Shown here in pieces: positions 39,041-51,238 of a DNA stretch of 64,000 nucleotides. Under the pieces are notes generated by a model, which saw only the letters and a list, made by a program, of their open reading frames with translations, ran no database searches and was not told the DNA's origin. The DNA is from Nemertoderma westbladi (lineage: Eukaryota > Animalia > Xenacoelomorpha): the NCBI GenBank assembly GCA_032718475.1, contig JAUCBJ010006842.1:124001-188000 (forward strand), written 5' to 3'. The position numbers and the translations under genes are program-made. Each line of letters starts with the position of its first letter. Within the stretch, counting starts at the first letter, position 1.

Positions 39041-40888
39041 TTGTCGCTTTCAAACTTTAGCTACAAGCGTTTGAAAAAGGTGTTACCGCGAATATTGCAG
39101 CATTCGTACAACAGTTATTCTACATACAACATAAGGTGTCAGTCACTATGCACCGATAGCCAGCATAAAAAACCACAGCTACAAACGTTATTATCAACAT
39201 AAATTAAACTGAAACCCTCCCTCGCTCTCTGTGAAATTTGCACTCTCGATTTATTCTATTGATTAGACTAGCCTGCCACTGTAATCTGTTTCTTTCTTTC
39301 TCTTAACGTTAATAAATATTTTCAGCTGTGGGATATCGGCTGTCAGCATAGCTCTTACACCATTTTCAATCTTTTTAAACGGCGCAATTTATTTACTAAC
39401 CACATCAGGTTATATGGCATTCCCAATGATCCAATATACTGGGCCAAGTTCGTATTTATCATTAGGCTAAGTAGGCTTTTAAAAAACAGGCCATGCAAAA
39501 AGGACAACAGTCCAATTTCCGAGCCATAGCAAGACTTATCATAATATTATATTGCAAAATTATTGTGGAATTTTGTCCAATTTTCCTAAAATGTTTCAGG
39601 AAAAAGGAATGCATTTTCCTTACAATGTATCTGTGCAAAATAACACGTTATGCTAGGTTGATTTTAGTTTGTTCAAAATTTAGTTTCGGAATAATTATAA
39701 TCTAAATAAGCAATTATACATGAAACCAAGACAAAAACTAGTAATTTAACTACTGACTGTGTAGGCTACATACAGCTATAAAAAATTGACAGCAGCCTTG
39801 TTTGAAATTTATTTGAAGTTTTTGCCTTTTTCATTTTCTGTTGGTTCTGGTCAGAATATAACTTTGTTTAACACCTAAATTTACAGGTACTCCACGATTC
39901 TTCATATTTTTTTCTCGTAATTTATATTAAAATAATATATTAATATTTAAAAATATAAAATGTACAGGCCTAGGCCTATTTCTTTATCGCAGGTTCGAAG
40001 GGAAGCACAATAATGTAGGAGCTTTTTGAAGGTGTCGCAGTCAGATTGAAAAATTAATAATATTTCCGCGAGCTTTCTAGGCCAATTAGACCCCTTTTTT
40101 CAGGCGCAGATTGAATTATATTAACAGATAGGTGTACATAAGGTGGTTACACGCCAGCAGTAAAGCACCAACGATTAAAATTCACATTTCCCTCTATTTT
40201 ACGTTTGCACAATAGTATGGGGGGGGGGGGGGTCAATATTGCAAACAGGTTTATCAATATAATTACACTCCAAGATCAGTGAATGACAGGATGGACAGAA
40301 AATATGCAAGATCAGATATCAGTAAATATATGAAGCAAAAAATATATGAGCGCTCACCAACAACGCCCACGTCCCCCCCCCCCCCCCCCATCCAAATCGA
40401 CACTTAGGCCGACTTCTTGAAACGGCTTACATCCGTCTCTACTCGTCCCGCCACAACGTTATCCTATCCCCAAACGATGTAACACTAAACATTACAGACA
40501 GTGCGTTCCTACATCATTGTTGGAATCCACTAATTTTAGGACTTGATTTCCCGCGAATCCCCGGAAATTAACTTGATGTATCTAATCTGTCCACTCTGAT
40601 TAAATCTCACCAATCTCAGTTATATTTTTTATATTATTATATTATATTATAGTTTTACATTTGATTATTAAACCATTGTTGGTTCGCCATTCATATTATA
40701 TGAGTTACATTAAAGCAAAACTAAATTACAAGAAACCGGTAAACTACATAATATTGTACAAAGTTCGTATATAGAGGAGCTAAAATTCGTAAAACATCAA
40801 ATTCTCTCTCAGAGTAAGAAATACTCTAATACGAACAGACGGTCAATCATCCATCTAATGTTATAAAAGTAATCTCAAGTCTCCAAGG

Positions 40889-41077
40889 TTACAGTTTTGT
40901 ACTATCGAGTGTGCTATGCCTCGTCATTTCCGAATTGTAATTGACAGTTCTTTGATTGATAAAAGCCAAGCGCTGTTGGTTACCCCGGCAACAAACGCGA
41001 CGAAAGTCCCGACGAAATTGTTGTGACATAATATTATATAATATTGGGTTCACTGCTGAGTTGAGATAAATTAACAC
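40889..41077 (-). CDS. Terminal exon (TM7, helix 8, C-tail) of a rhodopsin-family peptide GPCR, TRH/ETH-receptor-like
   Basis: [30 protein letters not shown] has NPxxY, a helix 8 FR motif and CC. It is preceded by the acceptor-like TTCTCATAG|GTG. Upstream exons were not found in the window. Confidence 0.8.
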   Translation of the reverse strand: MLIYLNSAVNPILYNIMSQQFRRDFRRVCCRGNQQRLAFINQRTVNYNSEMTRHSTLDSTKL

Positions 41078-41095
41078 CTATGAGAATTCCTGGAT

Positions 41096-44000
41096 TCAGA
41101 GTAGGAATACCTCATCAAGGCCCGCCTGGTGGGGGGTGGTACCTAGGACAGATGTCGCATTCCCTCTGACCACTGCAATTGAGAGCCGCTGGAAAAGGAA
41201 TTCTGTGGACCTAGGTTCACCTGTTTCCTTGGCGATTCTCCGCCCTATCTCCCGCAGTACTGCGGTGCCTTCTGCACCGATTGGGCCTAAGGTCTCTAAG
41301 GCAATAGTGCGGAATAAGTGGTGGTGCTGGAGCGCAGCATACTTATTTCCTTTACTGGTCTCTGCCATTAAAGCGGCTGCACCTGCAGATTTACTTGTCT
41401 CGGGTAGATAGGAAGGAGCGAGGGTGTCCCTGCAAGTAAAGTCCCAAACGAGTGGGCGGCCTGAGGACCAAGGGGCAAAGGTCAAACCGTCTGGTTTCTT
41501 GCCGTCTTGTGAAAGTCCTCGAGGCTCCAAGGTGGAGGCAATGCCGGCTGATGAGAGTGCACGGTGAATGATGTCATTGGCCTCTGCATGACGGGTGTAT
41601 TTCCCATAATTGTGTAAGCAGCTGAGGCCATGACTTCCACTCGTGTCGACTTCCAACCCGCAACCCCTGCAGGAATGCTCCTCGCAAATAGGTGTACCCA
41701 AGCGGAGAGCTGCTCCCACCCGCAGCTGCTCATCACTGAGGCGAAGGCCTAGGGATGATACCGGCAGTGCCCTTAGCCAGTCCCCGGCGTGGTCTGCGGC
41801 GGCAGCTAGGAGACGAGCCTTCTCTTTTGCTGATGAGGCTTTGGTGATCAGTTCATCCTGTCGTGATGAGCACAGCGGGGCATCCCATCCTTTCTGAATG
41901 GCTTGATTGATTGGTTCAGGAAAATCGGTAGGTAGTAGTTGCTTCGCAGCTATTAGGAGTGGGTTGGGGATGCTGGAAATGGAACTGGGTAGTAGGGTGT
42001 TAAGCAGTGGGATGCACCCATGGCTGGAAGCCAGGAAAGCTGGTAAAGCTACGTCGGATGTGCTTCTAACCCCCAGTCCGCCCAAAGATATTGGAAGGGA
42101 AGCCTGGGCCCAAGCATCGCCCCCAATCCTAGTGTTGAGCACAATTTGGCAGCACTGCCGAATCTTATCATCTAGAGACTTCAATCGAGGCGATCCAAAG
42201 GCGGGTGAACACCGCAGCACATACATCAACTTCGGAATGGCAAAGCAATGTCTGAGTAGGTATAGGGCGTCATGCGCCGATAGAAGGTGGAGGCGGTCGG
42301 CGAACCTAGAGAGGTCTGATTCCTTCTCTTCAAGGATCTTCTCCATGGCTGAATCTCCTAGGGGTGATCCAAGCAACAGCGCATCAGAAAAATCGATTGG
42401 TTTAATGCTTGGTGTGATGGCATCAAACAGAGCTGTTGTCTCTTCTTTCAGTTCTAAGGGAAAGTGCTTGCCAAAGATTAACTCACACTTGGATGCCTTG
42501 ACCATAAGCCCTAGCTTTGCTGCCTCGGCTATGACCCTCTTCAGGTCAGAAGCAACAACAGATGGTGTTCCACCCAAGGAACCGTCATCCAGGAACCACA
42601 CGTTGAGAGGAGATTCCATGCTATCGACAAGTTCAATTGTGTCGTTGCTGAAGAATAGAGAGGCTAGTGGGTCTCCCTGTTGCATACCATCGTCAGAGGC
42701 AATTGTTGTCCCATTGTAGAATAGGAGAGAGGGTTGCGAATATGACTGATATGCCAGGTTGTATAGTGGTGGGAGGTTCTTTAGCACTGCCCTCAAGGCT
42801 GGTCCACGGTGAATACTGTTGAAGGCATTTGAGAAATCAATTTTGATCATGACTGTCTCTCTCTCTATTGACTCACTGAGGAAACGCCTGGCTGCATGTA
42901 CTGCTGCTTCTGCACCCCGGGGGGTCCCGAACCCTAGCTGATGGGGTCCTAGCTTTAAACCGGAATGCTTTGCCGCTGAATGGCAGCCTGTTTTGGCGGT
43001 AAGTCGACGCAGAGTGCACCCCACGGCTATGGGGCGAACTCCACCTGCTGGTTTAGTGAAAGCACAAAGCCTGGCGCCATAGAGGTAAGGGAGAACTTCC
43101 TGGGGCACTCCTCCCTTTAGCATGATATTAGCTACCGATGTCATAGCCTTGAGGGAAGCCAGGGCAGCATCCCCCGCTGATGATGAGATCATGTCCTTGA
43201 GGAACTGAGGACGGCAGTTGTCGGGACCTGGTGCCGAGCCATTGGGGAATAGCTTGATTGATTTTAGAACCTCTGGGTAAGATAGCTCGAGGGTCGGGAC
43301 ATCTGCTTCCTCTAATGACGGTACTCCGTGGAAGTCATCTGATGGGCGTGTAGGATGAAGGAGTCGGAGGGCTTCAAGGGTCTCTGAGGTGGCTGGGGCT
43401 ATAGTGGCTGATGAGGATGCTAGTCGTGCAGCTGCTTTCACATTTCCTTCTTCTATCTTAGAGGCTATCAATTTCCCTAGCATGTCATCCGAGGATTGTT
43501 GAGTCTTGGGCTTCAGATGGGATGGAAGGCTAGTCGTAGGCAGTACTAGTAATTCTTTGGTGTTCTTGACCATCTCTTCAAATTCCAACAGTTGGTCCTT
43601 TACCTTGGCTGTGAGTGATTTGCAGGCTGGACCGATAGCCCTCCGGCCACGTCTGGACCTTGATCCCTGGGAGGGTACTCTGAGAGAGAATGGAAAGGCC
43701 AGCAGGTTTAACCAGTTTGACTGACTGTTGTTGAGGACGATGGCATCACAGAGACTACTGTAAAGTGTGGCTGCTTTTAGTCTTGCACCCCTGGGGATAC
43801 GAGTCAGGGTTCTGATCCTAGTGAGGGTTTCGAATGCACTGCTAAGTGAATCTGATATGGCGCTCTGGCTGGCTACCACAGGAGCAGGGGATGGAGTGTC
43901 ATTGGTAAACGGTTGGGACAGTAGTCCGGGTGACCCTTGAGACATGGCTGGCTGATTAGAGTGTAAGTCGGGTGGAATTGCAGCTTCAGCAGGAGCGGAG

Positions 44001-45085
44001 GAACCGGTGGCTGGAAATGTAATGATGGAACCTGACCCAGGACAAGAGGTGCCTTCAGTGGATCTGTGTTTGCGCAGCCCTCCCTTGGGGTTGACACAGC
44101 ATAATTTAGAGCAGGTGGTGCATGGGAACTTGAGGGACAGTCCTCCACTGGTAACGGTGGGAGGTTGTCCCGGCTCTAGCGGTGCAATTGATGGAGTATG
44201 GGTAAATAGGGGTGGATGAGAGTTCGGGACCAGAGTGGGGTCTCCAATTTGATTGTTATCCTGGGAGGATTCGGCTGATTGGATTGGAGGTTGTTTCGGC
44301 TCTAGCGGTGAGATTGATTGTGTATGGTTAAGCACGGGTGGGTGAGAATTCGGAAACGGGGTGGGATCTCCAATTGGAGGTGGTGTAGGTGTCGATGCCT
44401 TCTGTTGATTGGCTGACCAAACTAGAGGGGCATTTCTGGAAATATCAGAATACAGATCACTACGATGCTTGGAAATGGTAATATCATTGATATCCTCAAA
44501 ATCCGATCGTGAGTAACCTTCAATACACCACTTTGCATACCTACAGATATATACCCCACATTGATAGGTGTTGTATTGCACCTTTTGAATGGAGGGATAA
44601 ACGGTAATTGGGGGGAGGTCCACATTGTAATGAATGGCAACAAGATGCACCCATTCTTTGATAGAATCAACAACTGTTTGGTTAGAGCCCCCCAGTGAGT
44701 CGAAAAACCAAATTGCTGACTTTAAAGGGGAGTAAACAGCAAGGGTCCAGTGGCAATTGTTTACATTTATAGGGAAAAATATGAAATCGTTATCAAAAAC
44801 TGGCACTGAAGCGCCCTTGCTCAGACTCTGTATGTTCTTAAAGCCGCCTTCTTGAAAGATGTCAACGAAATGAGAGTTAAAAACTCTTGCATGGCCGTTG
44901 TAGCCTAAACACAAGCTGGATATAACTGCTTCAACAATGTTATCTGTCAACCAGTTTTGCCCATTTAACGATTCTATATCGTGCCTCGAGAGAGGCAGAC
45001 CTCCAAATTCGTACATGTCTTCAGATTCGGGAGGTGGGTCTGCTAGAAGCTCACTATCAGTGAGACTAATGCAGGGTATTTCCAT
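41096..45085 (-). CDS. CRE-like RLE non-LTR retrotransposon polyprotein: Ulp1/C48 protease, Zn finger, RT, CCHC, restriction-like endonuclease
   Basis: Uninterrupted 1329 aa. Protease: WLTDNIV, HWTLAV, FFDSL, QYNTYQCGVY. Zn finger: CTTC..H..CPGSG. RT: APGPD, RPIAVG..LRRL, KIDFSNAFN, QQGDPL, FLDD. End: CRGC..HGLSC, RH, KPDG, WDFT, AE..K..KY. Confidence 0.93.
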   Translation of the reverse strand: MEIPCISLTDSELLADPPPESEDMYEFGGLPLSRHDIESLNGQNWLTDNIVEAVISSLCLGYNGHARVFNSHFVDIFQEGGFKNIQSLSKGASVPVFDNDFIFFPINVNNCHWTLAVYSPLKSAIWFFDSLGGSNQTVVDSIKEWVHLVAIHYNVDLPPITVYPSIQKVQYNTYQCGVYICRYAKWCIEGYSRSDFEDINDITISKHRSDLYSDISRNAPLVWSANQQKASTPTPPPIGDPTPFPNSHPPVLNHTQSISPLEPKQPPIQSAESSQDNNQIGDPTLVPNSHPPLFTHTPSIAPLEPGQPPTVTSGGLSLKFPCTTCSKLCCVNPKGGLRKHRSTEGTSCPGSGSIITFPATGSSAPAEAAIPPDLHSNQPAMSQGSPGLLSQPFTNDTPSPAPVVASQSAISDSLSSAFETLTRIRTLTRIPRGARLKAATLYSSLCDAIVLNNSQSNWLNLLAFPFSLRVPSQGSRSRRGRRAIGPACKSLTAKVKDQLLEFEEMVKNTKELLVLPTTSLPSHLKPKTQQSSDDMLGKLIASKIEEGNVKAAARLASSSATIAPATSETLEALRLLHPTRPSDDFHGVPSLEEADVPTLELSYPEVLKSIKLFPNGSAPGPDNCRPQFLKDMISSSAGDAALASLKAMTSVANIMLKGGVPQEVLPYLYGARLCAFTKPAGGVRPIAVGCTLRRLTAKTGCHSAAKHSGLKLGPHQLGFGTPRGAEAAVHAARRFLSESIERETVMIKIDFSNAFNSIHRGPALRAVLKNLPPLYNLAYQSYSQPSLLFYNGTTIASDDGMQQGDPLASLFFSNDTIELVDSMESPLNVWFLDDGSLGGTPSVVASDLKRVIAEAAKLGLMVKASKCELIFGKHFPLELKEETTALFDAITPSIKPIDFSDALLLGSPLGDSAMEKILEEKESDLSRFADRLHLLSAHDALYLLRHCFAIPKLMYVLRCSPAFGSPRLKSLDDKIRQCCQIVLNTRIGGDAWAQASLPISLGGLGVRSTSDVALPAFLASSHGCIPLLNTLLPSSISSIPNPLLIAAKQLLPTDFPEPINQAIQKGWDAPLCSSRQDELITKASSAKEKARLLAAAADHAGDWLRALPVSSLGLRLSDEQLRVGAALRLGTPICEEHSCRGCGLEVDTSGSHGLSCLHNYGKYTRHAEANDIIHRALSSAGIASTLEPRGLSQDGKKPDGLTFAPWSSGRPLVWDFTCRDTLAPSYLPETSKSAGAAALMAETSKGNKYAALQHHHLFRTIALETLGPIGAEGTAVLREIGRRIAKETGEPRSTEFLFQRLSIAVVRGNATSVLGTTPHQAGLDEVFLL

Positions 45086-46203
45086 GATTGATCGTTTGAA
45101 GGAAGGAGGCCTTTAGTTTGTTTAGCTAGTCGCATTCATTTGGACGTGCAGACGCACCATCACCGCCTACCATCGACAATAAATGGACATGGTTCTGTTT
45201 TTATATACAATCTAACTCAAACAACAGTTTAGCTAGTTATTTTTTTATTCAATTCATATATAATTCATAATTCGTATCCATATATAATATATATATTATC
45301 ATATATAATTCATAATTCGTATCCTGAATCATAAATAAGTGGTAGTAGCTGTATCATAAAAATTAGTATTAGCTAGCTAATTTGTGAGTGTTATCTGTTA
45401 TATATTATATTTCATTATTTGATTATTTATGTTTATTCTGCCAATCTTTTGATATCCAAAATATAGAGTTTATTCCACCGACCTCAGAGTGAATGAGTTT
45501 TATTTATTTTTTTCTGTTTATAATTTGATTTTGTATTTTTGTTAAACTCGTTATTATTTCCCCTTATGTCTTGGTCTCATATATTTTCTGCTTCATATAT
45601 TTAATGATATCTGATCTCGCATATGTCATCCACCGATCTTGGATTGTAATTATTGATAAACCTGTTTGCAATATTGACCCCCCCTGTTTACCTATCTGTT
45701 AATATAATTCAATCTGCCTGAAGAATGAGCCTAATTGCCCCAGAAGATCGCGCTTATTAATATCTCAACCTGTCTGCAGGTGTAGACCTTCAAAAAGCAC
45801 ATACATTGTAGGCGTAGTGTTTACCACCGGATTGCTCAGTCAGAGTGAACAACATCGTGAACAGCGGAATGATTAATCCATGATTAATAATTTCAATAGA
45901 TTTTACTAATATATATATATATATTATTGACCATTGGTTATATAAATATGGAAGCTCACCGCAAGAACTAACCGACAGTCCAAACATCTCAATAAAATAC
46001 GCACAATTATTAATAGTAATATGATATTATATATATTATGAAGAACTAATTAACGGTAAAATAATCGAAGTTACTGGGTAAATGAATTATACTCTAGGAA
46101 TAAATTACTCAAATAACTACACATTAATGGAGAGTTAGTAGCGAATATAGAACATATAATTATTCAACATAAATGATTATTAAAAATAAACGATTAAAAG
46201 CGA

Positions 46204-47340
46204 TTATTCAAGGATTTTTAAGGTGTTATATATGAATGGTATTGATATATTGTCTCCAATCATACTATTTGGTAGAGGTCCAAGCTGCTGCCTATCTGAA
46301 TTCAGCAAAAAACATTCATTAATTATGTGCGCTTCGGATTGCGCAAGACCACATTTACAGAGTTGTTCATTCATGTTTATCCGCTCCCATCTACCGAGTT
46401 CGACGGGAAGACCAGTTGATAGGAGCCGAAACCTCGTCCAAGCCGTACGCTGTATCTCAGTGTAATTACCTGCAATAAGTTTATATACTGGTGGGGATTG
46501 CAGACTCGGGTTCATCCGAGTATAGGTAACGTATCGAGTTCCCGGTGCTGATGAGACTCGTGTTCTCGCGTCTGAAAATAACCTCTTTATTGGGTATCGT
46601 TGATCGACCGCAGCATCATTCAAAAGCTCATCAATCTTTTTAGACATAGGCGTCCCAACACTTTTACATAGATCGAGTGCAAAGACCAGCGGTTCATGAA
46701 GGTTTGGTTCGACCAGTGCTTTTAGAAGGAAACGAGTTTGCTGTTCTAGAACATAACTCTCTGGATTATGAAAATTACACTCGATGTAGAGCAAATCACG
46801 GCACGTATTTGGGCGCACGCCCAAACATGTTATTACATGTTATAACATGTTATTATATTTAACATAGAGAGACTTCGATTTCTTCCCCACCCACGATTCG
46901 CATCCAAAGAACACCGCAGATAATATAGCTGCTCGAAAGACATAATTCGAGGTGTACCGGCATCGCTACATGTCGTTTTAAAAAACCGTAAAATTTAGAT
47001 ATGTGCTTCGTTTTTTCCTCTAACTGTATATCAAAAACTGTCTCCAGCTTTCCGTCTTGGGATATGGGTGACCCTAAGTAGATATACTTACAGTTTTCAA
47101 TAGTCAGAGTCAACCTTTCATTAACTGGACATATTATAGTTAATAGCAGCCTTCTCCTCAATCATATTCGAGGCGATCACCATAAACTTGTTTTTTTTCG
47201 GATTTATGACCATTCCATACACATAGCAGTATTCCAGTAGGGTTTCTAATTTAGCAATAAACCGTTCCTTAGTAGTAGCCATTAATATGGAGTCATCTAT
47301 TAGAATGAGAATCTATGGAGCCACATTAAGAACCCGTCGA
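46204..47340 (-). mobile_element. Degraded LINE 3' part (RTEX-like; clade uncertain)
   Basis: IDDSILMATT...GMVINPKK, YIYLGSPIS and the C-terminal TRFRL...LPVELGRW...LCKC...EAHIINEC. Confidence 0.8.
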
Positions 47341-48315
47341 AAAGAATTACAAGGCTTATCATTGATTCCCAGTACAATAGTATAGCTCATCATTCAATAT
47401 TTTATTCATTAGGTCATTATGCTTGCTTACTACATATACATTTACATTTACAGGTTTGTTAATTGCTTATCCATATGTTATTTTCTTTGCACTGCTTTTA
47501 ATCGAAATGTTTATGTGTACTTAATATTTGAGACAAAATATATAAAATGCAATAATATGTTTTACTACTATGTTATTGTTATGTTATTGTATAGAAAGAC
47601 TGGTTATATTTTGCGGTTATTTCTCTCCTCCAATAATTCGCTTTCAAAACAAATTGTACGAAATAACGGTTACTTTTTCGATGAGCTACTTAGATAAACT
47701 GTCCATGTCCCCATACAGTTCATAGGTGTGGCAGATGTTGTTGCTTCAAAGGTTAACGGAATATCTTGTCAAGTTTTAATGAACTTCTAACTGATTCTGC
47801 ATTATCCTATTAGCATTTAATGAGATTTGCAGGGAAAACCAAGGCACTGTAAACAGAAATCACCCCCGGCAATTTTTTCCACAAAGATCGCAATCTGAAA
47901 ATTTTGTTGTTCGATTCGGATCGTTGTTAGAGTGCGTTATGAATGAAGTCAACCGGGATAGCAATAAGTTAGCGGATTAATTAAGCACATCATTTGATTT
48001 TTGATACAGATATAATTTCCAGATATGGATATGAAGTTTCGTATTATATTCATTCGGTGAAGCTACTTGAGGAAACCGCATGGTTTACATGAAAACTTTT
48101 AACTAATTTAAAAAGTAGATACAAGTAAGAAAATAAGAAGTTACATATGACTATGTTCATCTAGGATGAATGTTATTATCTAAGGACAACTGGTATAAGC
48201 TATAAATATCATTAACTTTAACTCAGACCATTTAATGAAGTAATTAAGTAGCGAAGTTTCCGTGCAGAGGATGAGCATGTGCTGCAGCTATATGGCACTC
48301 ATCGATGGACTCTTA

Positions 48316-48629
48316 AGGCCATGATACACCACAGGAGCGGCGAGCGGCCGCGGCAAGCGGCGAGCGGCCGCGGCAAGCGGCCACTTTTTAAAAATAGAAC
48401 ACATTATTTTCTATGTGCGATGATACACCACAAATGGCCGCTGCCGCTCGCCGCTCCTATAGTGTATCATACTAAAAGTCGCCGCTCACATCGGCCGCTC
48501 GCCGCGGCCGCCCGCCGCTGCCGCTCGCCGCTCCTATAGTGTATCATACCTAAAGTCGCCGCTCACATCGGCCGCTCGCCGCGGCCGCCCGCCGCTGCCG
48601 CTCGCCGCTCCTGTGGTGTATCATGGCCT
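48316..48629. mobile_element. PIF/Harbinger (Tourist-like) MITE
   Basis: Perfect TIR AGGCCATGATACACCACAGGAGCGGCGAGCGGC with its reverse complement, flanked by TTA on both sides (48313-48315 and 48630-48632). GC-rich internal repeats. Confidence 0.88.
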
Positions 48630-48944
48630 TTAATACTGCGCATCATCAGGCTGTTCACAACCTTGCAGGGAAGTATGGCAACCTCCACTTCAAGTTTAAA
48701 CAGATAATGGTGACCAGCCATAATAACTTTCTTAGGCAGGCTGTTCAAGATATTTATTGGATATCGTATTGGATATTATTTTTGATTATTTGATAATATT
48801 TTATTGATTTTTATTATGGATTTGATTATATTATTATTATATTTCATTATTTTGATATTATTTTCCAAACGGATAAAAAAAGTTGGTATTAAATTTGGAA
48901 AAGAGGGCTGGCTAAAAGTGGTGCTACTGAAACGTGAGGATAAT

Positions 48945-49400
48945 GAGAAAGTTGCACATTGGTGCAGTGCCGGCGTATCCCAGATCTCGCGATTAGCCAC
49001 TTTCCCATTCCCAATTCATCCCTGTTCTCAACCTCCACTGTCCTTGAGCAAGCCTTTGAGGAACGTCATTGTGTGTCACGGACAGGTTGAACCTGCCGGC
49101 AGAAACCAGTTCAGCAAGCTTCAGGCGGGGTCTCTGCAGTGTGAAACTGAGTCTTTGCAATAAGATAACCATAGTTGTAAAACATATCATTGCTAATGTG
49201 TGCATCATAGGCAACATTGTGAACCCTGCACAACATCCTGGTATAAGTTCATTCCATTCAGGGACCTGATGTCTTCAGCAGTTAGAGCCCATAATGGGCT
49301 ACCTTAGAGCAGTACGGGCTCAACTGCTGCGCGGAAAATGCGTACCTTAAAAGACCATGGGATATCACACCTCTTCCATCTCCAGATTCTTGGTAGCTGG
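48945..49400 (-). mobile_element. RTE-clade LINE fragment, diverged
   Basis: LPRIW...FKVRIFRAAVEPVLL*GSPLWALTAED and MTFLKGLLKDSG match the RTE family in this window. Confidence 0.75.
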
Positions 49401-49474
49401 TGGATGGCAGAACAGGCATGATCAAAGGTAGCAGAAGTCCGGAGGGAGGGGGGGGGGGTCCATATGACACCATT

Positions 49475-51238
49475 AGGGCAATCAAAGAAACTGACGGATT
49501 CGTCGCGAATTGCGCAAACATCAAATGTAAAATATTTGCTTCGCAAACGTCGCGAAATTCGCGAATTTCGCAAATGTCGGGAATTGTTGGCATTACAAGA
49601 CCTTGTGTAACGTACTTTTTATACTATAAAATAGCTAGTTTTTACAATTATTATAATATAAATTATTAATATTACATGACAGCAAATGTTCTAGAATACG
49701 ATAGATATAAATTAAAAAAATATTAATGTTCTAGAACACATATTTTTTTCTAGAACATGTTATTTTAAAAAATGATTTTTTTAGACTAGCTCGTTTTGGC
49801 TACTTTTTTTTTTAAATTTTCTAGAACATGTTAGCTATCAGTTAAGGTTCTGCAACACGTTTTTTGTTCTAGACATTTTTCGAAAAAATTAAATAGTAAT
49901 TCGGATTACAACACGTATTAAAAAAAATTTTAAAATAAAATTGTATATAATTTATCTTATTTACCTTACTCTATATTTTGTATAAAAAAAATAGCTAGAA
50001 ATTAATTACAAGTTCGTGGGGCCATCGCGCAGGACGAGGGTCAGTTATTAGATAGGTTCAGATTAAAATTGAGCAATTCTATCCCAAAATCAGTACTTAA
50101 GAAATTTATATAAATAATTACGAAAATTTAACCAAACTTTTACTTAAAAAAAAACTTTCGCATTGGCAGCTTAGCATCGATGTCATAGAAGTCCACAGTC
50201 TCAAAAAGTTAAATGCATTCTTCAGTCATCGGGTCTCGCTCATCGGTTAGTCCAGTTTGCCCGTAGCGCTAGTGCAGTAGCGGTACCAAAAGTCGAGGTC
50301 GCCAACGACACTGCGACAGACAGAGGCGGTGGCCTTGATGGTGAGTTGTTTGAGTACCGGTACAATTCCAAAACGTTGCTGGGTATTGCAGTATTGGGCT
50401 GTTGGGGAACCTAGTGCAGTAGCGGACACCGGAACATGGTCAGCTGGTACAACCTGACAATATGTCAGTCTGTCTTAAGTCCGCATAATTTCAAAACTTC
50501 CATGGTTGCATGGTTGCCGTTGCCGAGCCGAAGACGACCTGAAGACGGTACCGGTAACTCTGTACCACTGCAACAGTACAGGTACCGTACTGTAATCCTG
50601 CAGTCTCCTAGCAACCAGCTGATGCCAAGCCTAATAATTTTTGGATAGATAAATTTATTATATCTGCAAGACAGTTACACAGATGCTGCACGAAGACCCC
50701 ACGCAAATTCAACTTGGAAAATTTCTAAACTTTTGCCAGACTACATATGTACCAAGTTTGGATATATTTTATCGAGATCTGGCTGAGTTATTAACGTTTA
50801 AAATTGGACACAACAGATCAACAGAACAATAGATCAACAGAACAACAGAGGAACAGACACACCGATTGAGTTAGTGGTACCTGTATGCTAAGCTCGCTTA
50901 CTCGCTATTATTTTCAAAACTACTAGCTAGTAAAAACAACACTTTAGCTACCATTAAAAAATATCTTCTAAGGTTCTAGAACATTATCCAATAAAAAAAC
51001 AGTAAAAAATACAAAAATGGTCACACAAGCTATACCAGTGCCGTACCCCCCCCCCCCCCCCCCCCCCCCCACCATATTCCGACATTTTTTTACAATCCCG
51101 ACGTTTGCGAAATTAGCGAATTTCGCGACGTTTGCGAAGCCAATATTATACCTAACAAAACATTCCCGACGTTTGCGAAATTCGCGAATTTCGCGACGTT
51201 TGCGAAATTCGCGACGAATACGTCAGTTTCTGTGCCCT
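49475..51238. mobile_element. Non-autonomous TIR element (~1.75 kb)
   Basis: AGAAACTGACGGATTCGTCGCGAATT on the left, AATTCGCGACGAATACGTCAGTTTCT on the right, with TTCGCGAA subrepeats. TATGACAC lies just outside both ends. Confidence 0.7.

Noticed and set aside
41907-42719. 270-aa plus-strand ORF
   Set aside because: Antisense shadow of the LINE RT region with no independent motifs.
45790-45987. GGKHYAYNVC resembling a nuclear-receptor zinc finger
   Set aside because: The required CxxC pairs and the CEGCKGFF box are missing.
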